Shown here piece by piece: positions 53,501 to 62,606 of a stretch of DNA of 64,000 nucleotides; the first letter of the stretch is position 1, and the number at the start of each line of letters is the position of its first letter. Under the pieces are notes generated by a model that searched no databases, was not told the DNA's origin, and saw only the letters and a list, made by a program, of their open reading frames with translations. The position numbers were made by a program, and so were the translations under genes. The DNA comes from Eledone cirrhosa (lineage: Eukaryota), in the NCBI GenBank assembly GCA_964016885.1, contig OZ024760.1, positions 4,526,001 through 4,590,000 on the forward strand. Reading direction: 5' to 3'.

Positions 53501-56500
53501 ACTGGGTAATTGCTGGCCTTGTGCCAAAAGTAGAAACATTTATTACTGTTGTTGAATGGCGGTAGATTGGCAGTATCGGTGGAGTACCGGACACCATGCT
53601 TTGCAGCATAGAGTTATGGCTCTTTACATTCTGATTTCAAATCCTGCCGAGGTTAGCTTTGCCTTTCATCCTTATGGGGTCGATAAAATAAAGCACCAGT
53701 AATGCACTGAGGTTGATTTAATTGACTTTCCCCTCCCCTACAAATTACTGGCCTTGTGCCTAAAGTAGAAATAATTATTACTGTTACTGTGAGTGTTTGC
53801 ATTCCCTGGGTGGTTGTGACATCCACCATGTCTTGAGCATTTAAAAAAAAAACTGTCAGAGCCCATCCTCTCTCTAAGTTTGAACACAGCCGATTTCTTC
53901 CAGAAAAAGAGAAATGGAGAGAGAGAAGTAAGAAAGAGATACAGAGGAAGAATCGACTCTAATGCTGGACTGGTACTTTTTTTTATTGACCTTGGAAGGA
54001 TGAAGGGCAAAGTTGACCTTGGTGAGACTGGAATTTGAGGCAGAACAAATAAATCAAAGGATTCTATCTGATGTTCTAATGACTCTGCTAATTCATCGCC
54101 TATTAAAATTTCTGAGGCAACTCAAAACACTCATGGCATTATCGCAAGTGATAGTGTTGCCGAGGTACTGGAACAGCCAAGCACCCTCAGAAGCATCAGC
54201 TGACATTTCAATAAGATAGCTTTTTAAAAAAGGTAAACAATATAAAATATGTGATGGTCATGGTTGGCACACCTTTAATAATAGCTTTGCTCTATTAGAG
54301 ATGACATAAGACAATACAACAACAACAATATTATTACTACTACCACCACCAACAACAACACAACTACCACCACAAGAATAGCAAAACATGCAAATCTTAC
54401 AGCTACAATACATAAATGCTTAGACATATATATAAATACCACAACATATACATATATATAGTCATCCCACACACATATATACATATATATATATTTTTCT
54501 GGGTATGTCAATATTTATTTCATCATCATCATCATCATTATCATTTTACGTCCGCTTTTCCCTGCTTGCAAGGGTGGGACGGGAACTGATTCTGGCTTGA
54601 TTTCTACAGCTGGATGCCCTTCCTAACACCAACCTCATTTACAGTGAGTGTTGGGTGCTTTTTTGCCGTGGCACCTCCACGACCACTCTGCAGTGGAATG
54701 ATAGGGACCCCAGTCCCTATCATCTCATTTCTACAGCTGAGTAAACTGGAGCAATGTGAAATAAAGTGTCTTGCTCAAGGAAACAACACATTACCTGGTC
54801 TGAGAATTGAACTCACAACCTTTCGATTGCAAGGCCAATGCTCTAACGACTAAGCCATGTGCCTCCAAATCTGTATTTTATCTGATGAAAGCGCACCATA
54901 ATTTACCTTGGTTGCCCTTGAAATATGTATAATAAAATAAATATGGTTTTATAAATATAGTTTCCATTTATTAATATATTGTGTATTTACTCCACTAACT
55001 TGTTGAGTGCTTTATATTAGTTATAACATTTTTAAGCTTGTTGAATTCCAACAAATTAAATACATCCTCTGCATATATATATATATTTATTTAGGTTTGT
55101 TGGTTCACCACTGGATAGAACTGGTCATTCCGTATGGTCAACTCGATGTAATATTATGGAGAGCACTCAACGTAATGCAACTCACTCGTCTTCGCTTGTG
55201 TAGTTGGTGGTGTGAGTACGGATTTAATTATTATAAAATAACAGGAGGCTGGACTGGTGTAATTCCTTAATATATATTCCTTAATACTGAACCCGGTCAT
55301 TGAAATGATCACAGTATAATAAACCCTTTAAGGAATTACACCAGTCCAGCCTCCTGTTATTTTATAATATATATATATATATATACACACTAACATATAC
55401 ATACACGTAGACATACTTTTTGCACATGTACATATACATGTACACACACACTTATATAAATACAGATATATACATCTACACATATCCCCCCCACCCCGCA
55501 TATATATGAATAAATATATATACACTTAAACCTGCACACATATACACACCTACACAACCCCCCCCCCCTGCATATATATATATGATGTTGATGATGTATA
55601 CACACACACACACACACTTAAACATGTACACATATACACACCTACACATACCCCCTGCATATATATATGATGTTGAGGATGTATACACACACACACTTAA
55701 ACATGTACACATATACACACCTACACATAACCCCCTGCATATATATATGATGTTGATGATGTATACACACACACATACTTAAACATGTACACATATACAC
55801 ACCTTCACATATCCACAAACCTGTTGTTGTTGTTGTTGTTGTCGTCCCAAGATCAGTGTAGTTTATATAGAAGACAAGGTGTCATGCAGTGTCTACCATC
55901 ACATGGAAAGGTGGTTGTGGGGTGGGACAGTAGCTATGCTGCTTGGCAACTAAAGACTTCCTGTGATAAATGACAACTCAGGCCAAGTTTTTAACGAATT
56001 TATTTTCATAGTGTTAACAACAACAACAACTATAAACCTCCAACAACATGAGCAACAATGATTACAACTTCAGTAACAACAAGAATATTACTAAATATTT
56101 TGTCCCAAAAGTAAAAGGACTGATTTTCCTATGTACGACATGGTCATGTAGCACCTCGTTGATCTATATAGGCATGTTGTTTATGATCCTGGCTGCATGT
56201 ACATACTTGCTTGAACATGATCTATTAAGGCTTTAGCATTTACGTTACTCTATATTTACCATTGTATTTTCACAGTAAAGTCTTTACCTCACATAATACT
56301 GAATCTATGAGATTTTGATATGATTTATTTTGAGAACAATGCCTTAACATCAGTATGAGTGGCCAGTTACAGCCGGTTTGAACAGAAAGAGGTGAGAGAA
56401 TTCTGACCAGTTTAAATGCTAAAGGGTTAAGACAGTCATGAGTTATTGTTATTGTAGATGTGTTTATAACCTCTGTTATGTTTGTGATGCAGGAAAATAT

Positions 56501-58777
56501 CAAATAATGGTACGTGATAGAATTTTGTGTGAAACTCAACGAATCTGCCACTGAAACATTTAATTCTGTAACACAAGCTTATGGAGAAGTAAGGTTTTTA
56601 AATGGCACAAAGCATTCAAAAAGGTCTGAGAAAATGTTGAAGACAAACTTCATTCCTGGAAGGCCAATTCCATCAACAAATAAACAAAATGTGAAAGTGG
56701 TGTGAGTGGTGATAGCAAAAAGATTGCTGATTATGTGTTAGAATGATTGCAGAAGAAACAAGCTTGGATAAAAATGCAGTTCATAGAATTTTGACAGACT
56801 ATTTACACATGTGAAAATTTTGTGCAAAACTAGTTCCCAAACACAGAATTTTCAATTAAAGAATTTCTGGCAAACATTCCCACTCTTCCACATCCTCCAT
56901 ACAGCCCAAATCTAGCTGTGTGTGATTTTTACCTCTTCCCTAAGTAGAAATCAAAGTTGAAGGGTGATCATTTTTGGACTGTGGAAAACATACAAGAAAA
57001 TTGTAACCAATGAACTAAGGACACTCACAGATAGTGATGTCTGGTACTGCTATGATCAGTGGAAGAAGCGTTGGTATTTTGAAGGAGATAACTTGGAATT
57101 TCATGTACATCTAATATACATTTAAATAAAACATCAGAACTTTTACTTTTAGGACAAACCTTGTAACTATCAGCAAGACCAATGATAGCAACAATTCTGG
57201 TTAAAGCAGTAATTATGATGATGATTGTCATTAGATCTGCCTCCCTCTGTATATTCAGCAGAATCAATAAAACAGTAAAGACATACCAATTGGTATAAGG
57301 CTGCATTTCTGTCGATTTTTCTGAGTTCAAATTCAGCTATTGACTTTATTTGTTGTTTTTTTTATATCCTTCATTGCTCAATAAAATGAAGTACCAGTTA
57401 TGTACTTGGTTTGATTTATTTGACTTGAAATCATGAAATGGCACCCTCTAAAATATTTCCCAAATATCTAAAACCTATACTGGATTGGTACTTTTGATCA
57501 ACCTCAAAGGATGAAAGACAAGGTTGACTGTGGCAGAAATTGAACTTGGAGCGCAGAAAGTCAGAATGAATAGTGCAAAGTATTTGATCCAACGTTCTCA
57601 CAACTCTGTCAATTTGGTTCCTTCACTATATAGGCGATCTAAGCGACACTGGGGGAAGAGGCCCTGAAAATGTGGTAGACTGAGTAAAAACCAATTGGAA
57701 ATAGTTTAAGAGGAAGAAAGGGTATATGAGAGTTTGAGTGCATCCTCTTTTCCAAAGTGGAATAATTCAAATTCATCTTCGTTCAGCAGCATATTGTTCT
57801 TTTCTGCCCATTGGATAACAAGATGGTGTAGGACAGAACAAAGGAGAGAGACAAAATAAGAAATCAGTCACTGATTGGTCACAGACTGTGTGATGAAAGA
57901 AATTTGATAATATATAAACAACCATCCGGTTATTGAATCAGCCAACCAGAAATTTATGATAAATTGAAGTGAAAACTAACAGGTGCGCGTGTTTTTATTG
58001 GCAGCATGACCCTCCCAAAGTATAACAATATGTTTCAACACACCATCTAACCCATGCTAGCATGGAAGAACGGACGTAAAACGGTGATGATGATGATGAT
58101 GACACGTTTTCAGATAAGAAATCTTGCAAAACAAATTTAAAAACAAAGTATGTATATATATATATATATATACATATATATACATTCTTACGGTAAATAT
58201 TGATGGAATTCAATTCAAGCACTCTACGTCCTTTTTCCATATAGGAATGACAGAGTATATTTAGACTAAGAAGATACGAAGTAGTTGCAGATGTTAAAGT
58301 CCTTTATTGATAAGACTGTGATACATATTTCAATGACAACAGTGGTAATGCAATTTCACTTAACCGGTGCCGTGATCTCATCAGACAGCTCTATTACATA
58401 ACAAGGTTACGTTCTAGAGGCAATCCAATGAAAGCAACAAAAGAACGGACAAAGATGATGTTTTTGAAGGCTTCAAAATGTAAAAGAGCAGTCTGATGAG
58501 ATAATTGTTTCTACTTTAGGCACAAGGCCAGCAATTACCCAGTGCATTACTGGTACTTTATTTTATCGACCCCGTAAGGATGAAAGGCAAAGTCGATGAG
58601 ATAATGGCACTGGTTAAGCAGAATTGATTTTGTGACCACTGTAGTCATTTTAATATGTATCACAGGACTTTAACATCTGCAACTAATTCATTGCCTTTCA
58701 TCCTTACGGGGTCGATAAAATAAAGTACCAGTAATGCACTGGGTAATTGCTGGCCTTGTGCCTAAAGTAGAAACAAT

Positions 58778-58809
<32 letters not shown>

Positions 58810-59219
58810 AGTATAAAAAAAAATACACAGTCCACGCTGTAATGTAGTCGTGTAGGTAACACGGTAAAAAGGCTCCCAGTCCACACTGTAAATGTGGTTG
58901 GTGTTAGTAAGGGCATCTAGCCGTAGAAAACCTGCCAAATAGTCCTATACGAGCGAGATACGGTCACCCGACCAATCTTGCCTCAAATGGGACAATTCCT
59001 GTCTAATCCATGCTAGCGTGGATGATAGACATTAAATGATGATATATATATATATGTGTGTGTATATATATATATATATACAAACATATATGTGTATATA
59101 TTTAGTTCTTCATACAGCTTGGACGCTACCATTAATTGGTGGATTTATCTGTGTGTATATATATGTATATATATATATGTGTGTATATATATATATGTGT
59201 GTGTGTGTATATATATATA

Positions 59220-59265
<46 letters not shown>

Positions 59266-59267
59266 CG

Positions 59268-59301
<34 letters not shown>

Positions 59302-60556
59302 CGCATACACATGACACGCACAGTAACATTTCCACCTCCACAATTCCCCGCCACCGTCGTCATTTACCTAATCTATCAGTTACTCAAATTATTGAAATTG
59401 TGTGGACTAGGATTTTTTTTTCTTAAGCGTCCTGGTGTAATATCATTGGTTACCCCATGGTGTACATATAAATATATATATAATATATATGTGTATATAT
59501 ATATACCACCATACCATTTGAAGGAGACAGGTTTAGCGTGCAGGTAAGTTGCTAAGAGACTTTTTTTTTTTACGTCAAACTTTTTTTTCCCGGTTACACA
59601 TTATTTTGGAAATTCTGATATCAAATACTTTAATAATAATTTGAACATTTCGGCATATACAGTCTTTCCTTTATCGATGTATTTATTTATACATACATTC
59701 ACACAAACATTAATATATATGTACAAATTATAGACGCATACATCCACTATATATATATATATTAGAATGTGATTAAAAATATCATTAACTGAATGGTTGT
59801 GATTTCGAAGTTTCAGTTTAGTCGCATCAAAATGACGGTTGTGTCGAGTTTTCTATACCATAGCAGAGATTCATACATTCTTTATTAAGGCCAAGTTAGA
59901 GGCTCGTTACACAGAGTAAGTTGGCCTTAAACAGGAATATACATATGGCCCACGACCCTCTCGGGAATAAGTGAGCGAAGAATATATATATATATATATA
60001 TATATGAATGATACTTCCTCGTCCGTGTTTTTCCCAATACCCAATACCCAATAACCTATATAAACACACTCTGTTTATTAATGATCTACTAGCGATTAAA
60101 AAATAAATATATATATATTTATATATATTGTTGAGTTTTTTACGTGGTCCCCAAGTGGACACGTTCTCGTTTAGATTTTAAAATGGAACTTAGGCTACTT
60201 TCGCCTTTGCCTTCATTCAGAGGTCGATAAAATAAAGTACCTGTCAGGTACTGGGTTTGACATAACCGAATGTGTGACCTATGTTAAAGGAACTTAATGA
60301 TCGAATTTCGTCTTTGTATAGGGCTCTGTGACCAAGTCCTAACTACCTGCCAGGTGTCAGCTCTATTGTTAATCAGTCCTCACACACACACACTTCTTTT
60401 TTTCATAACTTTTTATTAACAGCATGACCCTCCCAAAAGTATAACACATATATATAATTAGAATATGTGTTTGAAATATTAAAACATTATCTGAATAAGC
60501 ACTCGATACTTGTGGGTAGGGTGTAACAGTTTATTTTCTGATTAGAAAGGTGTCGT

Positions 60557-60591
<35 letters not shown>

Positions 60592-60894
60592 GTTATTCCG
60601 GGTTGAATCGGAGGTAACCACAGTAAGTAAGGTACTCAATACATTGCAGAGTATAAAAGTTTTAATATAGATGAGATTCTACAAGACTAGAACCGTTTCA
60701 TTCTTTAGAAATCATCAGGAATCTCTGAGATTCCTGATGATTTCTAAAGAATGAAACAGTTCTAGTCTTGTAGAATCTCCTCTCTCTATATATATATGTG
60801 TGTGTGTATATAGTGTAGTAACTGTTGTACTTGTAACTTCCTCTCACCACCTTCCGTGGGTTTCTTACCTGGTTAAAAACCTGCCATTGTTCAT
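10305..60894 (-). CDS. CCDC17: Coiled-coil domain-containing protein 17-like, about 556 aa, 14 exons: 60894-60869, 52805-52688, 32054-31928, 27958-27784, 22411-22361, 20524-20433, 19423-19358, 17744-17619, 15230-15085, 14131-14079, 13226-12996, 12496-12277, 11406-11308, 10445-10305
   Basis: GT-AG exons join in phase with no stop. Motifs match my recollection of human CCDC17: [29 protein letters not shown] vs [29 protein letters not shown]; [19 protein letters not shown] vs GLVIFYDFLRGL..SRQPVPR; [28 protein letters not shown] vs [34 protein letters not shown] vs QAELFL. The first exon is tentative. Confidence 0.85.
10607..10796 (-). mobile_element. piggyBac-type MITE
   Basis: TTAA|CCCTTTAGCA...TGCTAAAGGG|TTAA. 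Confidence 0.85.
11308..11406 (-). CDS. CCDC17: CCDC17-like exon ([13 protein letters not shown]...RQFYQ)
   Basis: tttacag|...|gtaagc. Confidence 0.88.
11476..11688 (+). mobile_element. piggyBac-type MITE (also 12589-12798, 13310-13693, 16389-16594, 18410-18587, 19020-19346)
   Basis: same TIRs, TSD and core. Confidence 0.83.
12277..12496 (-). CDS. CCDC17: CCDC17-like exon (C2-like domain, [14 protein letters not shown]...ETRKQ)
   Basis: ttctag|...|gtacaa; GW..F...GKF.VP motif. Confidence 0.9.
12996..13226 (-). CDS. CCDC17: CCDC17-like exon ([16 protein letters not shown]...KQFVP)
   Basis: ttgcag|...|gttggt; homology to the CCDC17 C-terminal domain. Confidence 0.9.
14079..14131 (-). CDS. 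CCDC17: CCDC17-like exon ([17 protein letters not shown])
   Basis: aaacag|...|gtatta; phase 0/2 bridges its neighbours. Confidence 0.72.
14560..14850 (-). mobile_element. RTE 3' UTR fragment (related pieces at 3085-3330, 9660-9865, 54520-54695, 58040-58102, 58825-59045)
   Basis: similarity to 30570-30857, CAT tail. Confidence 0.8.
15085..15230 (-). CDS. CCDC17: CCDC17-like exon ([21 protein letters not shown]...DQP)
   Basis: coiled-coil; donor gtaagt. Confidence 0.83.
16595..17591 (+). mobile_element. Non-autonomous Helitron-like element
   Basis: 5' TC(TATA)n start, 3' TTAG end with a GC-rich subterminal motif (17563-17580). Inserted between A and T of the MITE sequence GAGTAA|TGTAAAT, no TSD. 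Confidence 0.72.
16871..17253 (+). mobile_element. RTE 3'-end fragment nearly identical to 30480-30857
   Basis: same 3' UTR and (GAT)n tail. Confidence 0.92.
17619..17744 (-). CDS. CCDC17: CCDC17-like exon ([24 protein letters not shown]...)
   Basis: ctctag|...|gtaaga; coiled-coil. Confidence 0.83.
17750..18107. repeat. TA/TG-rich compound microsatellite (similar 59040-59305, 62039-62099)
   Basis: directly visible. Confidence 0.95.
18647..18910 (+). mobile_element. Second tRNA-derived SINE family (related minus copies 22650-22915, 54720-54870; CORE-like SINEs 9255-9385, 19915-20060)
   Basis: TGGCTGAGTGGTTAG A-box, GAGTTCGATTC B-box, GTCCTTGAGCAAGACACTT core. Confidence 0.7.
19358..19423 (-). 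CDS. CCDC17: CCDC17-like exon ([21 protein letters not shown])
   Basis: taacag|...|gtaaat; phase 1/1. Confidence 0.78.
20433..20524 (-). CDS. CCDC17: CCDC17-like exon ([30 protein letters not shown])
   Basis: tggcag|...|gtaaag; Y..NGG motif typical of CCDC17. Confidence 0.92.
20590..21190 (-). mobile_element. RTE 3' fragment (older copy)
   Basis: [26 protein letters not shown] plus 3' UTR. Confidence 0.88.
21672..21902 (+). mobile_element. piggyBac-type MITE (also 22478-22962 split by a SINE, 27272-27500, 27500-27658, 56230-56430, 63929-64000)
   Basis: same TIRs, TSD and core. Confidence 0.83.
22361..22411 (-). CDS. CCDC17: CCDC17-like exon ([16 protein letters not shown])
   Basis: ctttag|...|gtgagt; phase 2/2. 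Confidence 0.85.
23511..23796 (+). repeat. Left copy of the 286-bp direct repeat flanking the Gypsy element
   Basis: matches 27144-27429 with 2 substitutions seen. Confidence 0.95.
23797..27143 (-). mobile_element. Ty3/Gypsy LTR retrotransposon, degenerate (5' LTR 26890-27143 TG..CA; partial 3' LTR 23797-23959)
   Basis: Gag from 26821 with CCHC knuckle [14 protein letters not shown], protease ALVDTG (about 26030), RT (DLKSAY, YIDD), RNase H (WCDAS, AELDA), integrase HHCC start. Order PR-RT-RH-INT; frameshifted; integrase core deleted. Confidence 0.93.
23960..26821 (-). pseudogene. Frameshifted gag-pol of the Gypsy element
   Basis: domains split across ORFs 26204-26923, 26086-26280, 25649-25915, 25271-25597, 24970-25311, 24634-24963, 23941-24336. 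Confidence 0.88.
27144..27429 (+). repeat. Right copy of the 286-bp direct repeat flanking the Gypsy element
   Basis: matches 23511-23796. Confidence 0.95.
27784..27958 (-). CDS. CCDC17: CCDC17-like exon ([14 protein letters not shown]...HGHRS)
   Basis: tttcag|...|gtagac; phase 1/2. Confidence 0.8.
28060..28471 (+). mobile_element. Two tandem tRNA-derived SINEs
   Basis: A-box TGGCAGTATCGGT, B-box GAGTTCAAATCC, central GCCTTTCATCCTTACGGGGTCGATAAAAT, (ATT)n tail. Confidence 0.85.
28472..30857 (+). mobile_element. 5'-truncated RTE-clade LINE with (GAT)n tail
   Basis: intact 687-aa RT ORF, 3' UTR and GAT microsatellite tail; no endonuclease domain. Confidence 0.95.
28485..30548 (+). CDS. RTE LINE reverse transcriptase (partial ORF) with PHD-like Zn finger
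   Basis: [59 protein letters not shown]. Confidence 0.9.
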   Translation: MRNNKVDEAVKAKRQAWKEWKNGGSRVHYIETKREARRQVYLARREAEDRKFKHVLQREDQKQEVFKIARQCVRDSCDVIGEKCIRNDKGELALTSAEKKDAWKSHYDRLLNEENAWEEETLPHVDPIEGPAVQVSGSVVSKAIRDMKMGKATGPSGIAAEMLKASGSVGHTITTRIVNQVILEGAIPKDWCSSIIVNCYKGKGDALDRGNYRGIKLMDQVMKVTERVIAQLIRDRVNIDEMQFGFVPGRGTTNALFLVRQLQEKYLAKSKPLYLAFVDLEKAFDRVPRAVIWWALRKLGVDEWLVKAVQAMYRGAVSKVRISNEYSEEFSVQVGVHQGSVLSPLLFIIVLQAITEEFKTGCPWELLYADDLALIAESMVELENKFQTWKQGLERKGLKVNMTKTKVLVSRRENRTQIPSGKWPCSVCRKGVGRNSILCPKCKQWVHKRCSGISGSLIKNVGFTCSSCAETASKQPQETSTTNLWEGPVETVGSFCYLGDRISNGGGCSESTITRVRTGWKKFRELLPLLAAKGFSLRMKGRLYDTCIRTAMLHGSETWALKVEDLRRLERNEACMLRWMCNSNIRERQSIKELRERLSIRGIKCCVQERRLRWYGHVMHMKDDSCIKRCRALEVDGNRGVGRPKMTWDEVIKADLTQLHLSKTMTHDRDFWRHAVIQGTRPPMGTC
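31652..31866 (+). mobile_element. tRNA-derived SINE, same family (also 23110-23345; minus copies 14400-14550, 14855-15062, 19200-19330)
   Basis: A/B boxes and central domain. Confidence 0.85.
31928..32054 (-). CDS. CCDC17: CCDC17-like exon ([10 protein letters not shown]...[13 protein letters not shown])
   Basis: ttccag|...|gtaagc; phase 0/1. Confidence 0.82.
32134..52570 (+). repeat. 36-bp satellite, about 565 units: GGA[CAT/GAT/GTT]AGTGATAGTGGTGATTGTGAT[GGT/GAT/GAG]GATGAT
   Basis: directly visible; 12-aa periodicity; fills CCDC17 intron 32055-52687. Confidence 0.99.
52688..52805 (-). CDS. CCDC17: CCDC17-like exon ([23 protein letters not shown]...PAKK); alternative acceptor at 52816
   Basis: donor gtgaga, phase 0; weak resemblance to the N-terminal Zn-finger-like motif of CCDC17. 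Confidence 0.72.
53350..53780 (+). mobile_element. Two tandem tRNA-derived SINEs
   Basis: as 28060-28471. Confidence 0.85.
55480..55815 (+). repeat. about 85-bp CA/TA-rich minisatellite, about 4 copies
   Basis: recurring CACTTAAACATGTACACATATACACACC. Confidence 0.85.
56098..57165 (+). mobile_element. Decayed Tc1/mariner transposon interrupted by a MITE (56230-56430)
   Basis: [20 protein letters not shown] and [19 protein letters not shown] motifs; TIR-like TTTGTCCYAAAAGTAAAAG at both ends. Confidence 0.85.
58506..58594 (-). mobile_element. 5'-truncated SINE with 11-bp TSD GATGAGATAAT
   Basis: TSD at 58495-58505 and 58595-58605. Confidence 0.85.
60869..60894 (-). CDS. CCDC17: Candidate first coding exon of the CCDC17-like gene (MNNGRFLT)
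   Basis: ATG..CCAG|gtaaga strong donor; phase 2 fits the acceptor at 52805. Confidence 0.5.
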
Positions 60895-61024
60895 CTTGAG
60901 GAAGTAGGACGTCAACAAAAAAAGAAAAGAAAAACTCAAAGAGAGAGAGAAAAACACAATCCGCACCCCTCGCTATCTTTAGAATTAATACACATACATG
61001 TATGTATGTATATATATATATATA

Positions 61025-61181
61025 CAGGTAAAATTCCGTTATAACGGATTTTTCAGTATAACAAATTTTTTTTAAATCCCCGGCCACACGCTCGATGTGT
61101 TAGGTCGATCTCGTTATAAAGAATTTTTTGTTACAACGAATTTTTTGATACCGTGAATTTCGTTATAACGGAATTTCACTA
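61025..61181. mobile_element. Tigger/pogo-like MITE; inverted sister copy at 62098-62257
   Basis: TIRs AAATTCCGTTATAACG, TA context, shared internal sequence. Confidence 0.7.
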
Positions 61182-61388
61182 TATGTATGTAATTACAGCA
61201 GTGACAGAAGCAGGTACTTAAGTTTCGTTGGGTTCTGGACCCCAACTTATTCAGCCTGTCATGAGTTGGGGTCCCAGAACCTAACGAAACGTAAGTACCT
61301 TGTTTATGTCACTGCTGTAATTATTTATACAAAACTCATCCTATGGACTGAGTGCTCTTATCCTTGGATATTTCTACAAACTTTTACT

Positions 61389-61426
<38 letters not shown>

Positions 61427-61443
61427 TATGTGAGTGTGTGTTT

Positions 61444-61484
<41 letters not shown>

Positions 61485-62033
61485 TATGTGTTTGTTTATA
61501 TATGGAGTTGCGACCGGTAGATAATATTAGCAATTGGAAATACCTACGGAAACATTGTTTCCTCGGTCCGATTTGACGAATGTCGATCGACAAAAAATAT
61601 ATATAGCAAAGGTAAATATATATACAAAAAACAAATGTATGAATAGAATTATATATGATAGTATATAATAGTTTCAGAATTAGCTGAATGTGTTTATATA
61701 TTATTGGTCTGAAGAAAAGTTAGTTTTTTTTGTTTAGGGAGAAAAGTTGGAAAGACAGACATAAACACAGACCAAATATGTGTGTGTACGCGTGTGTGTG
61801 TGTACGTGTGTGTACGTGTGTGTGATGTTCGTAAATCAGTCTGTCACTACTCGAAGTTTTTTTGTTTTGTTTTTTAACCTGTGCGCGATAATATTTGGAA
61901 ATGGGAACACCCTTGTTACACGTTTTAAATATTTAAACATATTGCCTCAGAAATTATTAGAGGGAAGCTCCACCGCCCCTTATGGTGTATGTGCTAGCCT
62001 TGTCACCCCTTCGTTTTTAGCACTCTCTCTCTC

Positions 62034-62103
<70 letters not shown>

Positions 62104-62304
62104 AATTCTGTTATAGCGAAATTCACGGGGTATAAAAAAATAATTTGTTATAATGAAAAATTATTTATAACTAGATCGACCTAACACATCGAGCGTGTGG
62201 CCGGGAATTGAAAACATTTTCGTTATAATGGTATTCGTTATAACGGAATATTACCTGTGCATGTATGTATATATACACACATATATATATATATATATAA
62301 GTTT

Positions 62305-62606
62305 ATCTCGGGTTCAATCGGGGGTAACCACAGTAAGTAAGGTACTCAATACATAGCAGAGTATATTTAATACAGAAATGGCTTCTACAGGACTAGAACT
62401 GTTTCATTCGGGAGAAATCAGCAGGGCTTCCTGGTGATTTTTTTCCGAATGAAACAGTTCTAGTCCCGTAGAAGCCATTTCTCTCTTTCTCCCCCCTCCC
62501 CTCTCTGTATATAAAACAAAATTTAATATATTAAATTGTGTTGTATACACTCTACTAATGTATTGAGTACCTTGCTTACCGTGGTTATCCCCTATTGAAG
62601 CCGGGA
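62305..62606. mobile_element. Palindromic (foldback) element; partial sister copy at 60592-60780
   Basis: outer inverted repeat 62308-62355/62558-62606 and inner inverted repeat 62374-62482. Confidence 0.75.

Noticed and set aside
55095-55211. Plus-strand exon-like segment (tttag|...|gtgagt)
   Set aside because: No recognisable product or partner exons.
57640-57830. Minus-strand coding-like segment [21 protein letters not shown] (similar FQYLG piece at 54110-54200)
   Set aside because: Old LINE RT remnants, not host exons.
59036-59547. YI/CV-rich ORFs (also 17837-18115, 55328-55782, 61352-62100)
   Set aside because: Translations of TA/TG microsatellites.
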